This document shows positions 42,403-44,254 of a stretch of 44,254 nt of DNA, one piece after another. The number at the start of each line of letters is the position of its first letter. Position 1 is the stretch's first letter. The position numbers and the translations under genes were made by a program. The notes beneath the pieces were generated by a model. That model did not search any database, was not told where the DNA came from, and was given only the letters and a program-made list of their open reading frames with translations. The DNA comes from Pirellulales bacterium (lineage in GTDB: Bacteria > Planctomycetota > Planctomycetia > Pirellulales > UBA1268). The DNA is taken from assembly GCA_040397565.1 (NCBI GenBank), contig JBBAVU010000004.1:1-44254 (forward strand). The letters are read 5' to 3'.

Positions 42403-43956
42403 ATGACTACCAATCACCGGTTTGCATCGAGTTTTCGGATTCGGGGGTCGGCCTGCGCAGGCTTGGCGGCCCTCATGACGGTCGTGGCGATGTTGCTCTG
42501 CCACGGCCCCGCGGCGGCCGACGAGCCGCCTGCCGTCGCCGAGGCCCGCAGCCACGCCACGGCCCTGTCGAACGCCTTCCGCTTCGCGGCCGAAAAGGCC
42601 ACGCCGAGCGTGGTCGTCGTCCGCAGCGAGACGAAAGCCCGGAAAGTCGCCGCCGACAGTAATCCCCGTGGCGGCCCCCGCGGCGGCGGCGGCGAGAACC
42701 CCTTCAAGGGCACCCCCTTCGAAGACTTCTTCAAGGACGGGCTCCCGGAGGGCTTTGAATTCCGCGGCCCCGGCGGCCAGGGCATGCCACGGCGGAGCGG
42801 CGTGGGCTCGGGCGTGATCGTCGACCCGACCGGCATCGTCCTCACGAACAACCACGTCGTCGAGGGGGCCGACACGGTCACGATCGAGCTCTCCGACGGC
42901 CGGAAGTTCAAGGCCGGGGAGATCAAGACCGATCCCGAGAGCGACCTCGCGGTCGTGAGGCTCGAGGGGGCCAACGACCTGCCCACGGCCAAGCTCGGCG
43001 ACTCCGACACGCTCGAGATCGGCGACTGGGTGATCGCGATCGGCAATCCCTTCGAACTGGAGACGACCGTCAGCGCCGGCATCATCAGCGGCAAGGGCCG
43101 CGAGCTGGGCTCGATTCGCCGGGCGAAGTTCCTCCAGACCGACGCCGCGATCAACCCGGGCAACTCGGGTGGTCCGCTCGTGAACCTCGCCGGCGAGGTG
43201 GTTGGCATCAACACCGCCATCGCGAGCAATAGCGGCGGCTACCAGGGGATCGGCTTCGCGATCCCCGTCAACCTCGCCAAGTGGGTGAGCGGCCAGCTCA
43301 TCGCGAAGGGCACCGTCGAGCGAGGCTACCTCGGCGTCTCGATCGGACCGCTCGACGACGAGACCGCCACGAAGCTCGGCATCGCCGGAAAGAAGGGGGT
43401 GCTCGTCACGGAAGTCATGGAGGGCTCCCCCGCCGCCGCCGCAGGCGTCCAGGAACTCGACGTCGTCACGAGCTTCAACGGCACCCCGGTGGACGGTCCG
43501 CGTTCGCTCCAGGAGGTGGTCGAACGCTCGGAGATCGGCAAGCCGCACACGGTCACCGTGCTGCGGGACGGCCGTCCCGTGACTCTCAAGGTTTCGGTGA
43601 AGCCGCTGCCGGAGTCGATGGCCGCCAAGGGGCCGAGCGGGCCGAGGCTTGCACCGAGCGGGGAGAACACGTTCTACTCCGCCGATCTCGGCCTCGAGGT
43701 CCGCAACAAGGACGCCGATGCCGAGAACGCCTACCCCGGATTCGAGGGCGTGGTCGTCGATCGGGTCGACGCCGACGGCCTCGCGGCCGCCCGCGGCATC
43801 GCCCCGGGGATGCTCGTCCGTCGGGTCGGAAAGACGGTGGTCAAAAACGTTTCGGAGTTCGAGAAGGCCCTTGCAGATGAAAAGGTGGAGAGCGGCGTGA
43901 TGCTGCTCGTCCGCACGCCCCGCGGCAACCAGGTGGTGATTCTCGAAAAGGAGTGA
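42403..43956 (+). CDS. htrA: HtrA/DegP-family periplasmic serine protease with two PDZ domains
   Basis: Signal/anchor [16 protein letters not shown]. Catalytic triad contexts LTNNHVV, DLAVVRL and GNSGGPL. Two PDZ-like blocks (GVLVTEV.., GVVVDRV..). GGGAGG lies ~10 nt upstream of the ATG at 42403. Confidence 0.9.
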   Translation: MTTNHRFASSFRIRGSACAGLAALMTVVAMLLCHGPAAADEPPAVAEARSHATALSNAFRFAAEKATPSVVVVRSETKARKVAADSNPRGGPRGGGGENPFKGTPFEDFFKDGLPEGFEFRGPGGQGMPRRSGVGSGVIVDPTGIVLTNNHVVEGADTVTIELSDGRKFKAGEIKTDPESDLAVVRLEGANDLPTAKLGDSDTLEIGDWVIAIGNPFELETTVSAGIISGKGRELGSIRRAKFLQTDAAINPGNSGGPLVNLAGEVVGINTAIASNSGGYQGIGFAIPVNLAKWVSGQLIAKGTVERGYLGVSIGPLDDETATKLGIAGKKGVLVTEVMEGSPAAAAGVQELDVVTSFNGTPVDGPRSLQEVVERSEIGKPHTVTVLRDGRPVTLKVSVKPLPESMAAKGPSGPRLAPSGENTFYSADLGLEVRNKDADAENAYPGFEGVVVDRVDADGLAAARGIAPGMLVRRVGKTVVKNVSEFEKALADEKVESGVMLLVRTPRGNQVVILEKE

Positions 43957-43978
43957 CGTCGGGGCCGGCCCCGCAGGA

Positions 43979-44254
43979 ATGGCGACCCTCGGCGTCAACA
44001 TCGATCACGTGGCCACGATTCGGCAGGCCCGCCGGACCGTGGAACCGGATCCCGTCTGGGCGGCGGCGCTCGCCGAACTCGGCGGCGCCGACGCCATCAC
44101 GGTTCACCTCCGCGAGGACCGCCGGCACATCCAGGATCGCGACCTCGAGGTGCTCCGCCGCACGGTGCAGGTGAAGCTCAACCTCGAGTGCGCGATCGAG
44201 CCGGAGATGGTCGCCATCGCCTGCCGGGTGAAGCCCGATCAGGTGACACTCGTG
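43979..44254 (+). CDS. pdxJ: Pyridoxine 5'-phosphate synthase, 3'-truncated by window edge
   Basis: This gene is not on the ORF track because it has no stop in the window. My translation from ATG 43979 gives [56 protein letters not shown].., the canonical PdxJ N-terminus. Confidence 0.85.
   Translation, partial: MATLGVNIDHVATIRQARRTVEPDPVWAAALAELGGADAITVHLREDRRHIQDRDLEVLRRTVQVKLNLECAIEPEMVAIACRVKPDQVTLV

Noticed and set aside
41467-44001. 844-aa ORF on the minus strand that would fuse a ~600-aa N-terminal extension to RNase III
   Set aside because: Only the last 248 aa (from ATG 42213) look like a real protein, RNase III. The extension runs antisense to the well-supported HtrA-family gene (42403-43956) and has the Arg/Gly/Ala/Asp-rich composition typical of antisense frames in high-GC DNA.
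1-44254. Scan of all intergenic gaps for tRNA, rRNA, CRISPR repeats, integrases and transposases
   Set aside because: None of the gaps (all 230 nt or shorter) shows cloverleaf-type pairing, regularly spaced direct repeats or rRNA-like sequence. No ORF shows transposase or integrase motifs.

Overview
Very GC-rich bacterial chromosomal window. Its gene content points to Planctomycetota, by inference only: a giant Ser/Thr-kinase-like protein ending in an FGE-sulfatase domain, a PVC-type dehydrogenase/HEAT/cytochrome c protein, and sulfotransferase fusions. I support about 31 protein genes. I saw no rRNA, tRNA, CRISPR array, transposase or integrase. Layout: (1) 1-1145, 3' part of an arylsulfotransferase-family gene. 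(2) 1053-14438, the most interesting block. A 2507-aa single-polypeptide PKS (KS-KS2-AT-ACP-unassigned insert-KR-DH) is translationally coupled, through GTGA and ATGA stop/start overlaps, to an Sfp-type PPTase, a FabL-type (Y-x6-K) enoyl reductase and a thioester-reductase/SCP2 fusion. A stand-alone condensation/WS-DGAT-like acyltransferase is transcribed divergently, followed by a secreted lipase-like hydrolase and a DUF4239 membrane protein. Together these look like a self-contained, uncharacterised reductive long-chain lipid (Pfa/Hgl-like) cassette. (3) 15387-20354, a 1655-aa multidomain protein: kinase-like domain with HRD changed to HGN and DFG to DFS, class III cyclase, STAND-type NTPase, TM, HEAT repeats, FGE-sulfatase. 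(4) 20.4-26.9 kb: fatty-acid hydroxylase, DEAD-box helicase plus RRM protein, sulfotransferase-GT9 fusion, GT8-like transferase, orphan 2-TM protein. (5) 26.9-31 kb: divergent c-di-GMP pair with degenerate GGDEF sites. (6) 31-34 kb: dehydrogenase/HEAT/CxxCH protein. (7) 34.1-41.3 kb: [NiFe]-hydrogenase maturation genes hypF, hypBA, endopeptidase-hypCDE. No structural hydrogenase genes are in view, and a Phd/VapC toxin-antitoxin pair sits directly upstream of hypAB. (8) A structured ~140-nt element closed by a perfect 20-bp inverted repeat lies between hypE and rnc, followed by rnc, an HtrA-family protease and the 5' part of pdxJ, which is absent from the ORF track because it runs off the window. 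Many long ORFs on the track are antisense artefacts of the high GC content.
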